A DNA stretch of 64,000 nt, from assembly GCA_043228905.1 (NCBI GenBank), contig JBHGNT010000012.1, positions 16,678,001-16,742,000 on the forward strand, in the 5' to 3' direction. The notes under the pieces were generated by a model. It was not told the origin of the DNA. It ran no database searches and saw nothing but the letters and a program-made list of their open reading frames with translations. The DNA comes from Azolla caroliniana. Lineage: Eukaryota > Plantae > Polypodiophyta. The translations under genes were made by a program, and so were the position numbers. Positions 33,714 to 47,200 of the stretch are shown here, in pieces; the stretch's first letter is position 1; every line of letters begins with the position of its first letter.

Positions 33714-34072
33714 GCATGCTTTTACCCATACACCCATTACGGGGGAGTGTCGAATACTGGTCTATAATGACCGTATTCACATTATCTCTTGGACAAACTA
33801 GATTTAATACAATTATGTAAATAGTTCAAAGGGCAATTGCCCTAGCCCAGTTAGTATATAAAGGGTTTTGTAACCTAGTTTGTTGTTGTTGCTATTGTTA
33901 GAGAGTTGCCGCCTCCATTATATTGTAACCATTCTCTGAATAATATTATTACATAGTGTGTCTCTCTGTCTCTCTCTTAGATTCTCTGTTGTATCTTGCT
34001 TACACATGCTAACTCGGTGATCTTCATCTCAAGATGTTGTTTATGTTTCCACACTTACGGTCTCATTTCACA
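33714..34072 (+). mobile_element. Orphan copia 3' end: PPT and 3' LTR (33748-34072)
   Basis: GGGGGAG immediately before TGTCG; TATATAAAGG inside; ends ...TTCACA. No matching 5' LTR in the window. Confidence 0.6.
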
Positions 34073-34074
34073 AT

Positions 34075-35645
34075 AGAGGTGCCATTGCATGGAAGAGACT
34101 ACGGGAACCAAGACCACAAACACCCATAGAGGATCCCAACATTTGACACGCATATACAAAGAGACAAGTCTCAAACCAACCACCTATTCCCATGCCTTCT
34201 ACACCTAGACCTACCATAGGGACACTTTTCACGACCTCTAGGGTCACGAAGGTCATAAAGAAACAACATAGGCAGTCCATGGACCACACAGGATTGCGAG
34301 CCGAACACATCATATATGCTCGAGAGTGCCTAGCTCCTTTCTCATTCTAGTCTTCAATTGTGCCCTCCCTTATGGTTTTCCACATTAGTGAACCATGAAC
34401 ACATTGGCCCCTATACATAAAAGAGGGAACCCCATGGACCCAAATACATAGAGGACCATTATGATAGGTCATATGCTCATTAAATTATATGGTGCGGTAA
34501 TGGAGCAAAGCTCAACAATTATATGGAGACCTTAAGTCTTCAAGCACCTGAATAGACTGGCTTTAGATGAGCCTTCTCTATTATTAACCATATCTTCACA
34601 CTTAGATGCTTAATTGACCAGACGAAGGCTCATAAGAAGAAACTATATATTGTTGTTTGGTAGACTTTCGCGGAGCCTTTGACACAATCGCTAGAGAGCG
34701 GTTTTTTGATAGGCTTAAAAGCTTGGGGATACCAAATGACATAATTTGGGCCATCTATTCTTTATATGAGCAAGTCTCTGAGTGTGTACGATGCCCAAGT
34801 GGCCTATCCAATTCCTTCACTAGCACCATTAGTGTGAAACAAGACTAGTCCTTGGGGGTACACAAGTTAGTCTCTTGCTCTATGTAGACGACATAGTTTT
34901 GCTCTTTGAGTTTTGCCAAGGAATATGGAAAAATTTACATTAGATGTAAATGGATCAACCCACTAGAGTCGCTCCCATCTAAAATGTTGTACTAGAAGGA
35001 ACACTTCATGCACTTCTCTAAGTTAGGTTTTATTACATGACCAAAATATCTAGATACATTCTTACCAAATGCACTAAGGGTTGCTATTGGACAACTTCGA
35101 ATATCATCTCATGAACTTGAGATTGAGAATTGTCGTACTAGTGGAGTCCCTAGAGAGGAAAGGATATGTAGGAAAGAGTGGACACTTGCGCCACTCGGCC
35201 TCTCTCTTGCTGAAGCAGAAAGCCAAAGAATAACCAAACACCCTCGGATGTCGGGCTTCAAAGCAACTTGATGTGGTGTAGAAGCAATTCAAAAGATAAG
35301 GGAACATGAGTTATACCACCTAGAAGCTATGGTTGGGGTACCTTTTACATTGGGACCACGCACCACACCCACGTCGAAACCCTGTGACCACCCGCTTCTT
35401 TTCGAGAGACTTGAATGGAAATGAAACGAGGCCTAGTACAAAGCCATTTCCTTTATAGAGTATGTTGCCCCATAACACGTTTTGTACAATACTAGAACTC
35501 TTTTAGCCTAAGTTCTATTTTATTTTATTTTCATTTTCAATGATTGGGTTCACAACCCATTTTGTTGTAAACCATTTCTCTCATGGGCCAATTTTGGTCT
35601 TAGAAGACGTTAATATATCTTTTTTTCTCTCTCTCGCTCTCTCTG
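34075..35645 (+). mobile_element. Decayed LINE (RTE-like) RT remnant and 3' end
   Basis: Motifs NHIFTLR, KKKLYCCLVDFRGAFDTIAR and LLLYVDDIVL. The 3' ~600 bp matches 62700-63590 and ends in a T/CT-rich tail. Confidence 0.8.
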
Positions 35646-36572
35646 TCTTGTGATTCTCTCACATTGTCTCTCTCTCCTCTCTTTCTCGAAATCCTGATAC
35701 TAGGTTTTCATTGCATAACTTGCATATCTTCATACTTGGGAGATGATGCCCTGATGCTTCCTCAACACCTAACTAATGTAAGAGAAATATGTGCATGGAT
35801 ATTTTGTATTGGACTGAACATTGAGAGTGAATATTGGCATTGTAATATTCCAATTTTGACATTTAAGCATATTGCCACTTCTAGTCTCAAACGAGCTATT
35901 CTCTATTATTACATCCTTCATAACATCACCTGAGAGCTCCAATATAATCTTTTACTATTTATCTTTTAAACCATTTCATAATATCATCACCTGAGTGAGA
36001 GAGAGGGAGAGAGAATTCTTGCACATGATCTTGTACCTACTATTGTGAGTAGTAAAGGTGCTTTCTATTATGGTAAAGACTAAATATGAGTATTGATGCG
36101 TTGCATCTTTGGGTGTTATGTTAACTATCAACATTTCCTAGTTTATTGCAGCCAATGATTTCGCACATTCACGCATAATGTCTTCTTTAAACTTGGATCA
36201 TGGGAACTGTGGAGGAGGAAACAATTGGCATGAACCTAATATTGGAGGCAATCCTTAATATTCGAGCCGTTAACTTTAAGGTTTTGAAAGTACAATTTTT
36301 ACCACCATAAGTCATTACTTGTCTGATTAGGTAGCTTCTCAGAACATTGACCAATGAAAGAAGGGCATGAGTCCAAGGGTGGCAATGGAGAGAGACTATT
36401 AGACCCTCCACTAATTACATGTTGGGCATCAATATCCGGTTGCGAGTCTTTTCACACAAGGATTGTTGAACATAGAAGGGGTCAATCAAGAAAAACCCAT
36501 ATATGCTTGGAACATAAGCGAGATACATCTCCTTTCACCAAATCTAGTTATGAGCCATTTCATAGTAGGCTG

Positions 36573-36828
36573 TAGGAATCGAGCAACAACTCAGCTCGAG
36601 CCTAAACCGAACTGTTAAACCATTTTAAACGGCTTGGTGGTTCGATTTAGGCTTGATCTTCGTTAACTAGTTTGAGCCAAACCGAACCGATGTGGGCCAA
36701 CCCGGTTTCCAAGTTGGTTAATGCTTAATCAGCTTGGCTAAAGCGATTCAGTTTAGGTTTGGAAACTCCCAAACCGGTTTAGGCTTAACCTACCGGTTAA
36801 GCCAAAAGCGAACCGTTGGCAATTCCTA
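36573..36828. mobile_element. hAT-like MITE rich in AACCG/CGGTT
   Basis: Ends TAGGAATCG / CAATTCCTA; flanks GTAGGCTG and GTAGGTCG (6/8 TSD). A further partial end lies at ~36887-36932. Confidence 0.7.
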
Positions 36829-37121
36829 GTAGGTCGGGCACTCAATGCATAGACAGGGTCAATATTCTCATGCCCTGATGTTATGTCTAAACCAAACCGG
36901 TTAAGCCAAAATCGAACCATTGCCGATTCCTAACAGGTCGTACACTAAATGGATAGACGGGGACCGTGTTCTCATGCCCTAAATGCTATGTTTCTTATGT
37001 TTTGGGATATTGACAAAAATAACTGCCCTTAGGTTTTCCAAAATTACAAAAATACCCCTCACCCTATTTGAAGTTACATAATCTGATGAAGCTATTTCAT
37101 GGGTTCCTTCCTTCTTGCTTC

Positions 37122-37568
37122 TAACAATCGGCAACGGTTCAGTTCGGTTTGGTTTGGTTTGAGAGGGTCCAAACCGAACCGTTTAAACTTTTTGAAACCT
37201 GAACTGAACCGAACCGTTAAACCATTAAACCGAAAAAAACCGTGGTTTTGTGGTTCGGTTTCGGCTTTTAACATAGGTCAAATTTTTAATTTTTTAAAAT
37301 TTATAATATTTCATTATTTAAAATTTTTTAAATATTTAAGATGTTCCTAAAATGTGAGAATAAGGTCTAAAAATGAAAAGATTGTTTAAAAACAAATTTT
37401 TATAATTTTTACAATTAAAAAAAAAAAACCGTTTAACCATTTAAACCGCGATTTTTTACTATTAAAACCGAACCGGAACTAAACCGTTTTTTAAAACCCA
37501 AAGTTGAACCGAACCGTTAAGCCGTTAAACCGCGGTTCGGTTCGAAACCGAACCGTTGCCGATTGTTA
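37122..37568. mobile_element. hAT-like MITE with a perfect 19-bp TIR
   Basis: TAACAATCGGCAACGGTTC ... GAACCGTTGCCGATTGTTA, with subterminal AACCGAACCG motifs. No TSD seen. Confidence 0.8.
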
Positions 37569-37918
37569 CAGTTTGAAACTGAAGTTGGTCTCTGTCTAGT
37601 AGAGACCTCTGCTATTAGGGTTCTTTGCTTATCATATCGCTTTTAGTAATCATGTGAAGATGTATCCGTAGCCATAGCAGCACGGAATTCACTCAAATGA
37701 TAGGCTGGTACATCCTCATTACACATACACACACAGATTTTTTCTTGGTACAGTATCCCCCTAAATTACCAAACTCTGATTCTTCGAGTTGGGTGCACTC
37801 CTAAACCCCCAAACCCGGAAACCTCAATACCCTAAATTCCAAACCGCAACACTCTATACCCTGGGACTCTGAATCACCTAAAATCTTAACCTTTATGTCA
37901 TGGTGATAGTATGACCAG

Positions 37919-39211
37919 ATGGAGAGCAACATGAAACTGGAAGCATCAGTGAACACCATAAAAGAAATGATGGCCTTACTCAAGGCCTGTGCCAAGAAGA
38001 AAGATGCTCATGAAGGTATTCGACTCCACGGTCACATTGCCCAAAGAGGCATCTTGCTGGAAAAGAGTCCTTATCTAGTTAGTGCTCTAATAAGCATGTA
38101 TGCCAAATGTGGGATACTTGTGAAAGCACATGATGTTCTTGATGAACTTCTTGATCGAAATGTTGTCTCTTGGAATGCATTAATTACTGGTTATGCTCAA
38201 CAAGGACCTTATGATGAAGCATTGAATTGCTTTGAACGAATGAGAAATGAGAGTCTTTCTCCAGATGCTGTGACTTTGACTTGTATTTTGAATGCTTGTG
38301 GGAAGCTACAAGGTACACAGAAGGGTGAACGAATTCACATCGAGATACTAAGTGGGTTCTTGCTAGAGAATGATATTGTTCTTGGTAATGCATTGATTGA
38401 TATGTATGCTAAATGTGGTATGCTTGCAAGAGCGGAACAAGTTCTTAAAGGGATGCGTTTCCGAGATGTAGTATCTTGGTCAGCGCTTATTTCAGGATAT
38501 GCACAATTGGGGCAAGGTTATGAAGCTTTGAATTGTTTTGAACAAATGAAAAGTGATGGTATTTCTCCAAATGCTGTCACCTTCATTTGTATCTTGAAGG
38601 CATGTGGCAACATAAGAGATATGGCCAAGGGCAAGGCAATTCATGCTGACATAGTGAGTTGTAGTGAGTTGTTTGAGACAGATACTGTGCTTGGAAATGC
38701 TTTGTTGGATATGTATGTGAAATGTGGTGAGCTTGCAAAAGCACGAAAGGTGCTTGAAGAACTACCTGTTCGTGATGTTGTCTCCTGGTCTATAGTAATT
38801 GAAGGTTATGCACAAGATGGCCAAAACCATGAGGCACTAAGGTGTTTTGAGCTTATGCAAATTGAAGGACTTTGTCCCGATTCAATCACATTAACTTCTC
38901 TTTTAAAGGCATGTGGAAACCAACACAAGGGCAATCAAATTCATGATGGGACTTTGAGTATAAATATTTCAGAGAACTGTGACCTTGATGGTGCTTTAGT
39001 GGATCTGTATGTCAATGATGATATACTTGGAAAGTTACAACAAACAGTTGAAGAGATTCAACATGTATACTCTTGGAATGCATTGGGTTCAGGATATGCC
39101 CATCAACAGGGACAATGTTATGAGGCATTGAATAGCGTCAAATGGATGGATGGGTATGGAAGGAACTCTTCAGAAATCCGTCACTGTGGTATGGCAATCC
39201 TAACATGGTGA
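37919..39211 (+). CDS. PLS-class pentatricopeptide repeat protein, C-terminally degenerate (no E/DYW)
   Basis: 430-aa ORF with repeated ALIDMYAKCG / VVSWNALITGYAQ / PDAVTxxCILxACG triplets that decay after ~aa 325. Confidence 0.85.
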   Translation: MESNMKLEASVNTIKEMMALLKACAKKKDAHEGIRLHGHIAQRGILLEKSPYLVSALISMYAKCGILVKAHDVLDELLDRNVVSWNALITGYAQQGPYDEALNCFERMRNESLSPDAVTLTCILNACGKLQGTQKGERIHIEILSGFLLENDIVLGNALIDMYAKCGMLARAEQVLKGMRFRDVVSWSALISGYAQLGQGYEALNCFEQMKSDGISPNAVTFICILKACGNIRDMAKGKAIHADIVSCSELFETDTVLGNALLDMYVKCGELAKARKVLEELPVRDVVSWSIVIEGYAQDGQNHEALRCFELMQIEGLCPDSITLTSLLKACGNQHKGNQIHDGTLSINISENCDLDGALVDLYVNDDILGKLQQTVEEIQHVYSWNALGSGYAHQQGQCYEALNSVKWMDGYGRNSSEIRHCGMAILTW

Positions 39212-39797
39212 GGAGCAGTTTGTAGCTATTTCATTATCAGTATATGTATGCATGGATACAAGGTATTTATTGTAAATGCATGCATGTTATGTTCACACGC
39301 CATTCTGCAACATGTATGTGCATGTATGTATATAATATGCATGTATGTATATAATGGGTACTATTAAAGTGGGGAGGGAGAAAAAGAAAAAGAGAGAATG
39401 TGTGTATATGTGTGTTCACATATAAAAAGTGCTATTAAAACAAATAAGTGTTAACAAGAAACGTTTTGCAGTTTTGTAGAGCTCCCGAAACAAGAAATGA
39501 TTTTGGTAATGCATCAATAAATATGCATACATGTAGGGTATATGAAATATGTAAACACAAATCTAGCATGCATGTTTTGGGCTGTTGTTTTCTGGTTGAA
39601 ACTGCATTCCTTGATGATGAAACATTTTTTTTCTTTTGAAGCTGATGACTATGTATGGATGTATGCATGCATAGAGATAGGTAGAGAGGGAGATCAACAG
39701 ACATGATTGATTAGCCATGCATTCATAAACTTCATACCAACATTCACTAACACATCTTTGTGCATTTATCGAAGAGTCACAAAGGAGAACACTAGCA

Positions 39798-41813
39798 GTG
39801 TCAAAGGAGAACCATAACAAAGAAATTATAATTGAAAACTATAAGGAAATGTTTACTATTGTGGCCTCACTCAAGGCTTGTGCCAATGAGAAGGATCTTT
39901 ACAAAGGCACCATACTACATGCTGATATTCTGAACAGAGGGTTACTTCAAAGGAGTCCTTATCTAGCCGCCACTTTAATTACTATGTATTGTAAATGTGG
40001 CATGCTCATGAAAGCACATCGAGTGCTCAAAGAACTTCCTGTTCAAAACATCGTCTCTTGGAATGCATTAATTTCAGGTTATGTTCAAGACGGGCAAAGC
40101 GATAACGCAATGAGTTGTTTTGAGCAAATGGTGAATGAAGGACTTTCTCCAGATCCTGTTACTTTTATTTGTATTTTGAAGGCATGTGGCCGAACGAGAG
40201 CTATAGACAAGGGCAAACAAATTCATAATGAGATTGTCAATAGAGGTCTTTTGGAGAAGGATATTGTGCTTGGCAATGCTTTGATGGATATGTATGCAAA
40301 ATGTGGAACACTGAAAAAGGCCAAACAAGTGCTAGATGAACTTCCCGAGCAAGATGTGGTATCTTGGTCTACACTTATTGGAGGTTATGCTCAACAAGGG
40401 CAAGGGCATGATGCATTGGGCTGCTTTGTACAGATGGAAAACAGGGGAATATTTCCTAATGACGTCACTTTCATTAGCATCTTGATGGCTTGTGGTAGCA
40501 CAAGTTCTATAGAAAAGGGAAGGAAGATTCATGATGAGATTGTGAACAGAGGCTTGTTGGAGAAGAATGCTGCCCTTGGAACTGCTTTGATGGATATGTA
40601 TGCTAAATGTGGGATGGTTAGCGAAGCTCGACAAGTTCTGCAAGAGCTTCCGATCCGAAATGAGGTCTCATGGTCAGCGTTGATTTCAGCTTATGCACAT
40701 GAAGGGCAAGGAGATGATGCATTGGAGTGTTTTGAACACATGCAAAATGAGGGCCTATCACCAGATGGAACCACTTTTGTGTGTCTCTTGAATGCTTGTA
40801 GTAGTAGCAGAAAAGCCATAGAGAAAGGTGAACAAATTCATGGTGAGATTGTGAGTCGGGGCTTGTTGGGGAAAGATGTTATGCTAGGGAATGCTTTTGT
40901 AGACATGTATGTGAAATGCGGCATGCTTGCAAAAGCACGAGAAGTGGTTGAATATCTTCCTTTTCGAGACATAGTCTCATGGAATACGCTAATGTCTGGA
41001 TATGCCCAACAGAGCCAGGGTTATGAAGCATGGAACTGTTTTATGCGGATGCAAAGGGATGGCATCTCTCCAGATTCGATCACTTTCATGTGCCTTTTGA
41101 AGGCATGTGGCAGTGTGGGAGCTATAGAGAAGGGTAAGCAAGTGCATGATGAGATTGTGAACAGGGGCTTGTTGGAAAAAAAGATTGAACTTTGTAATGC
41201 ATTGGTAGATATGTATGCCAAATGTGGTGTGCTTGCAAAAGCACAAGAAGTGCTCGAAGAGCTTCCCATTCAAAACATAGTCTCTTGGAATACATTAATT
41301 GGTGGATATGCTCAGGAGGGGGGCTGTGGCCATGAAGCATTACATTCTTTCAAACGATTGCAAAGAAAGGGTCTTTGTCCAAATGCCATGACATTTCTAT
41401 GCCTTTTGAGTGCATGTTGTCGTTCTGGTTTATTGGATAAAGCTCGAGATCTTTATGCAAAAATGACCCCAGAATATGGCATTACTCCTAATATAGAACA
41501 TCATACTTGTATGGTGGTAGCTTTTGGATTAGTTGGGCGTTTTGATGAGGCAATGTCAATTATCAAAGTGATGCCTTCCAATTATCTTGAGGTTTGGCTC
41601 GCTCTATTGGGAACTTGTAAGAAATGGGAGAATGTGAAGCTTGGGAGACTGGCTTTTGATCAAGCTTTGCAACTCAACTCTGGTTGTGCAGCGGCGTACA
41701 TCCTTATGGCTAGTATTTTTGAGGCTGCGGGGATGCAAGAGGATGCAGAGCATGTTAAAGCCAAGGGGCTGAAGTACGCTTCTTGGGAGGTAGAAGGAAA
41801 TAGTGTGGGTTGA
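39798..41813 (+). CDS. PLS-E class PPR protein, likely organellar RNA-editing specificity factor; true start uncertain (first ATG 39849)
   Basis: 671-aa ORF with five P-L-S triplets, YGITPNIEHHTCMV and E motifs VWLALLGTCKKWENVKLGRLAF..AAAYILMASIFEAAGMQEDA. No DYW domain. Confidence 0.93.
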   Translation: MSKENHNKEIIIENYKEMFTIVASLKACANEKDLYKGTILHADILNRGLLQRSPYLAATLITMYCKCGMLMKAHRVLKELPVQNIVSWNALISGYVQDGQSDNAMSCFEQMVNEGLSPDPVTFICILKACGRTRAIDKGKQIHNEIVNRGLLEKDIVLGNALMDMYAKCGTLKKAKQVLDELPEQDVVSWSTLIGGYAQQGQGHDALGCFVQMENRGIFPNDVTFISILMACGSTSSIEKGRKIHDEIVNRGLLEKNAALGTALMDMYAKCGMVSEARQVLQELPIRNEVSWSALISAYAHEGQGDDALECFEHMQNEGLSPDGTTFVCLLNACSSSRKAIEKGEQIHGEIVSRGLLGKDVMLGNAFVDMYVKCGMLAKAREVVEYLPFRDIVSWNTLMSGYAQQSQGYEAWNCFMRMQRDGISPDSITFMCLLKACGSVGAIEKGKQVHDEIVNRGLLEKKIELCNALVDMYAKCGVLAKAQEVLEELPIQNIVSWNTLIGGYAQEGGCGHEALHSFKRLQRKGLCPNAMTFLCLLSACCRSGLLDKARDLYAKMTPEYGITPNIEHHTCMVVAFGLVGRFDEAMSIIKVMPSNYLEVWLALLGTCKKWENVKLGRLAFDQALQLNSGCAAAYILMASIFEAAGMQEDAEHVKAKGLKYASWEVEGNSVG

Positions 41814-42532
41814 CAGGTGTTTCGAAATACTCAATTCACTTTGTGGTGAATGTCTGAGCGGTTATGTGAACCTCCTGTGTATAGATGCTTCTGGTGCGAT
41901 CCATCCTGCCATTGTTAGGGCACCTGGAACCATCTGATTCTTGTTTCCATTGGGTATTCATGTTCATTCCATTACTTTTAAAAGCTCATGTTTTCAACAT
42001 GTGTAGGTTAGACTATTGCCTGGTGAATGCCTGAAAACCCCAGGAATGATTCAATCACTGGTCACCAAATAAGTAATCAGTACCTTATATTGACACCGAG
42101 CAATTGTGAGATAAAAGTGAGATGTAATTTATTAATCTTGTCAATCTTGCTCTATATATAGTGCTCAGATTTACCATCTGTTGCTCATGATTATGAGCTT
42201 TTCTTTCCTAATTACACAATAGCAAATTACCTTGTGGATTTTTCTTTCTCAATAATGCAATGGAAATTTACCAAAGTAGCACACTTCTTTGCTATAACTT
42301 CCCAAATATGTCACTCTACATCACTGTAGTTCCTAACACAAGCCACTGTAGTCTCTACAAAGCCTGCTTTACATTTAAATTCTAATTGCTGGCATTAAGG
42401 TAGGCAAGATCAAAAAGTATAAAAAATAATCATTGTTAGTGTTTCAATTTGCAAGGTTAAGATTCAAATATTTGGAAGTAATCTAATTATCAAAAATGAA
42501 AAGAGTAGGTTAAGTATCAAATGAATCTCAAT

Positions 42533-42654
42533 TCTTGAGCTAGCACCATATTGAGGATTTTGACAAATACAACCATCAGAGGTATGAGTGTTCAAGTCTT
42601 GAGCTAGCACCATATTGAGGATTTTGACAAATACGACCATCAGAGGTATGAGTA
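42533..42654. repeat. 64-bp direct tandem duplication
   Basis: TCTTGAGCTAGCACCATATTGAGGATTTTGACAAATAC.ACCATCAGAGGTATGAGT at 42533 and 42597. Confidence 0.85.
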
Positions 42655-44223
42655 TACGGGGGAAGACTTTGCCCATTGCAGTGTTTTGAGGGTAAGAGTT
42701 TGCCAAATGTCACATATTGTGTAATATCTTTCTTTCTCTTTCATGTTACTAGACTTCAGTTTTCTTCATGAAAATGTCAAATTTGCGTAGTGAATAATAA
42801 ACCATTTATTTCACTCATTTACTTTTATTGTGTAAAGATCATAGGGGGCAGTAACATACTAGAATTTTGGTGCCACAATATCCAAGTTAGTCAAAGGAAA
42901 AGTTACCTTCACATGCTTCAAGATGATTTGTTTTCACTTACTATCAAGTAGTATTGCAAGAGTAAATTTTCATAGTCCAATAAGCACTCTCTGATCCCAT
43001 CAAATTTGATCATTATAAAAATGGTTTGGTGCTCCCATTTGCAAAGACTTATCGCACAGATTTTTTAATCACTCCATTATGCTTGCCAAATAATACTTGT
43101 TTCCACACAATTCTTCCCAACCTTAATGAATTCACATACACAATATGAATTTACATTCATTGCAAGATAGTTTGAGGCATTGACACATCACTAAAATCAG
43201 AATGCGGTTCTCAAGTGGTATGCCTTTTTATTGAAGAAATACACTTCAGATGTTGAGAAAATTATCCTCACATTTGAGCAGAGTTCAAATACAAGTGTGA
43301 AGAGCACTGACCTAAGCAGTAATACATCATGCCATCTGGACATTGAGCCTAAGTGACAGCGGAAGTGAAAAAGTGGATTATGGATGGGAACATGGATGAA
43401 CATTGAAAAGGTGATATTTCCCCACTCATCTCCCTTGACACTGTATCATCACCCTCACATGTCTTTCAGTTCCAAAGTAAAGCACAAAATATAATTTGTT
43501 TGGGATCTCGAGAATATGATTTTCACTCGATGGCTAGAAATTTTGAATGGGACATCAAACAAAGAGCATGGAAAGCAAAAAACCCCACATTGCCATATAA
43601 ATGGAAATCTGTGCTTAAGAGATCCTTCTAAACAAACAAACAGAAATATGAGAGATGGCAAGCATTTATTTATTACAATGAAAATTGCCAAAGTATATTC
43701 CCTGATTAAGAGTAGTTGCTTCATAATATGAATAAGCACCCCCTTGAAATCATATAATATATACATGTAATCAGATACCTTTTCAAGCTCGTCATATTAT
43801 TTAATTACATGATCTATATATACATATAGATACATATATGTATATGTATGTATGCATCACTATCATCCAAATCCAGCAAGGCTTGCTTCTTCAGAAAAAA
43901 TAGCCATTGTGCAGAATTATACTTGCCCTGGTGCATGAAAATTAGAGCATATGACAGTAAATCAATAAACCCATCCTTCCACACTGGCTGTGGAATGCTA
44001 CAATCGGATTGTAGATTCAGTAGAAGAATGAGGCTTGGTAGTTGTAGAAACATATAAGCCTCTCTCTCTTTCCATAAAATATAGCAATGAAACATGTTTC
44101 TCTCTTGTAATAATGCCTTTTTTTTATTGTAAATGGAAAGGGTTCAGAGAATGCACACCTTCCTCAAATTAATACTTACGCAAAGAAGAGTCTCTCTCTC
44201 TCTCTCTCTCTCTGCAGCATTCG

Positions 44224-47200
44224 TTACATCAGGTTGGGGTTCCCAAATGGATTGGAATGCATCTGAGAATTTGAACCTGGTTGCATCATCACATAATTAG
44301 GCATACCATAAGGTGCATAAGGGCTCACAGGCTGCTGAATGCTACTGTTGAATACATGCTGATATTGTTGTTGCATCATCATAGATTGATGAAGTTGTTG
44401 CATCATCGTAAGTTGATAATAATGTTGTTGCATCATCATTGTTTGTTGTTGATGAGCAAGTGCTGCAAATTGTACATTTTGAGGAGAAGCTACGGTTGCA
44501 GATGCAAAGAAAGGATCTCTTTGAACAGAGGATTGAAATGGATTCGAAACCAGTTGATTCATTCCATTAGGAAAACTAGATTGTGTGCTGCTATATGCTT
44601 GCCTAGAAATTGCATCCTCGTATAAGCTATCTAATGTTACACGATCAAATCCACCCGCCTGTACCAAATTATCATCATTTCCACGCATCCTCAATGAAAA
44701 ATAATATAATTCCATAAGATTGAAAATAAAGCCACATACAGGCAATTGAATTACGAATATGATAACCTCATACATCCAGAAGTAGATATAATCAAGACAA
44801 ACTATGCAAACAACATGCATATGTTTCTAAGAAGCTCATACGCTGTAACCATGTAGATAACTGATGATGATAATCAGCTCATTGAACATGTGATCTAAGA
44901 CTAACTCAACACAAAAACCATGCATACAATTTAATAAAACGAAAATTAATAGATGACAATAGCCTCATATAGAACCAAGTATATAGCTGCATAATGATAA
45001 TAACCTCAACAAATTAGGTCATAATATAAATTGACACGGAAACCAGTTGTTAGAATGGACTTCTTTTATAGCTCCCAAGAACATAATATTTTTGCCTCAA
45101 ATCAGTTGTTAGGATGGACTTCTTTTATAGCTCCCAAGAACAAAACTAAACTAAATTGTGTCACCAGTGATGTGCAATCCTAAGAGAACAGCATAATTCT
45201 GTAATGGTGGATAGAGAAAGGGCTCTGATCAAATGCATTGCTTGCAGAAATGATGGGATGAAGAGAAACAAAGTAAACGGCCAAGGATATGATGAAAACA
45301 TTCAGTACATGTACCATACCTTTAAAAGGGAAACAAATTATTTGAGGGTGTTAGCAGTGGTAGAAATCATGATACACAGCACAGCTAACACCTCAATGAT
45401 TCATTGTTTTTCAAAGAGAAATTAGAGCTCATATGGAGGAAAAACAGGTTGTTTCAGTTAATGATTGCATTGGAAGAAAAATATGATAACACCTCTTAAG
45501 AATCACAATGAGACAAAACGAGAGACCATATCCGAAAATGTTGTCTCACTTAAGGAAGAAACCAAAATAAATATTAGAAAAAGAGGTTTCATCTAGAAAG
45601 AAGTTCATGTGCTCCTACTCAAGCAGATACAGACACAACAATGGGTATAAGTGTTTTCACAAACTTTGTTGACGACAATCAAGAGGTCTGTTGGTGCTGG
45701 TTCACACCAACAGATTTCTGATTATTTAGCAAGCTGAAAAGTTTCCTTAGGAATCACAAAGTTGCATTCCGGAATTCTTCAATTATACTCAAAACAGTGA
45801 AATACTCAAACCTAAAACTAATTTTAACGGGAAACAATAAGAAATTTCACATGGCTGACAATGGAATCGTGATAGATAGCCAACAACTTGGACAATTCAT
45901 TGAGTTTAAAAGTGAGCTGAGAACTAAAATGATAAAGAAATACCAGTTTGCTTTGATTAACAGCATTATCATTACTACTCGTCGTGACAAGGGCCAACTC
46001 CCAACCAGTCCCACCAGCAGCGGTATCAATTCCTTTCGCATTAGGTGCAGACGTTGTGCCACTGGAGGTGGGTACTGCAAAAATAGCAGAATCCCGAAAT
46101 TGTTATCCATGCTTCATATACATAGATGAATGGAGGTAAACATAATTTTCTGTTCAAGGCAAGATATCCAGTGATAAAGAATACAATCTCAAAACATACC
46201 AATTGCCAAAGCCAATGCATTGCTTTCCTCCAGTAGATGTGGATAATGTTGCACATCATCAAGTCCCTACCATTCACAATAAGGACATTAAATTTATCAT
46301 ATAGCTCATATATCATCACTAAATTCAACAAATCCCGCAAGAGAAAATGTGTACATCAATAGCATAAGTTCCATTCTATGATAAATAGTGTGCATTTCAT
46401 CACCAAGTTCTCTTGATTTGTCTGTTACATTCATAGAACTAGAGGCATTTAACAGCACTACTTGCTGTAAAAGATATATACCAGAAGATCAACATTTGCA
46501 GAAGAGGGTGTTGCAACTGGAGCAGTAGGGGGAGAAACACTCTTATCAACTTGCAATGGTGGTGGAATGGTAATCTCTTCTGGTTCAGTTTGCTTCTCAT
46601 ACTCGAGCGCTAGAATGGTTACAGACTTCTTTGCTACATGATCATCACGATCCTCCTATTCAATTTTTAAGGTTTGTAAATTTTAGCATGGGAAAATAAA
46701 CAAGGATGACATTGTTTGTGTGTTATAGAGTAGAGTGAGTCAGAAGTCTCACATCACAAGCATTTTTTAAACTGTAAGAGTAGAATTTGAGGTGCAATAA
46801 TACCATTGAACCTTTGCGATTAAATGATGATTGACGAGGAGCATCATGGACATATTGCTCCATAGAACTGAGGAATGACAGTGGTGGCTGCAACATTTTA
46901 ATTCCCAATCATGCTTACAAAACATTGATGAAGTAACACCCCAATAACTTATCACTAAAACAATAATACCACATTTTCACCTGCTCCAGAGGAGGATACT
47001 TCAGATTTCGGGAAAAGTCTAGTCCCTTACAAATGTTATAGAAGTCTGAAAGTTTTTCAGTCTGTTAAATTCCAACAGAGAATAATTTCAACCAATGTTT
47101 GCATCATCAGTCAATACAAGTAAAAATAAATGCTTCAGAGATTACAACCTGCTGTCCATTTCGCCTATATATTTCAAGAGCTTTGGAAGCATCAATTCTT

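Noticed and set aside
33748-34072. Orphan 3' LTR as partner of the 5' LTRs at 6871 or 9738
   Set aside because: No alignable similarity to either by eye.
44659-44820. N-terminal part of the 198-aa ORF 44224-44820 as a separate Q/M-rich gene
   Set aside because: It is intron sequence open in frame with the last ANTH exon (acceptor at 44659).
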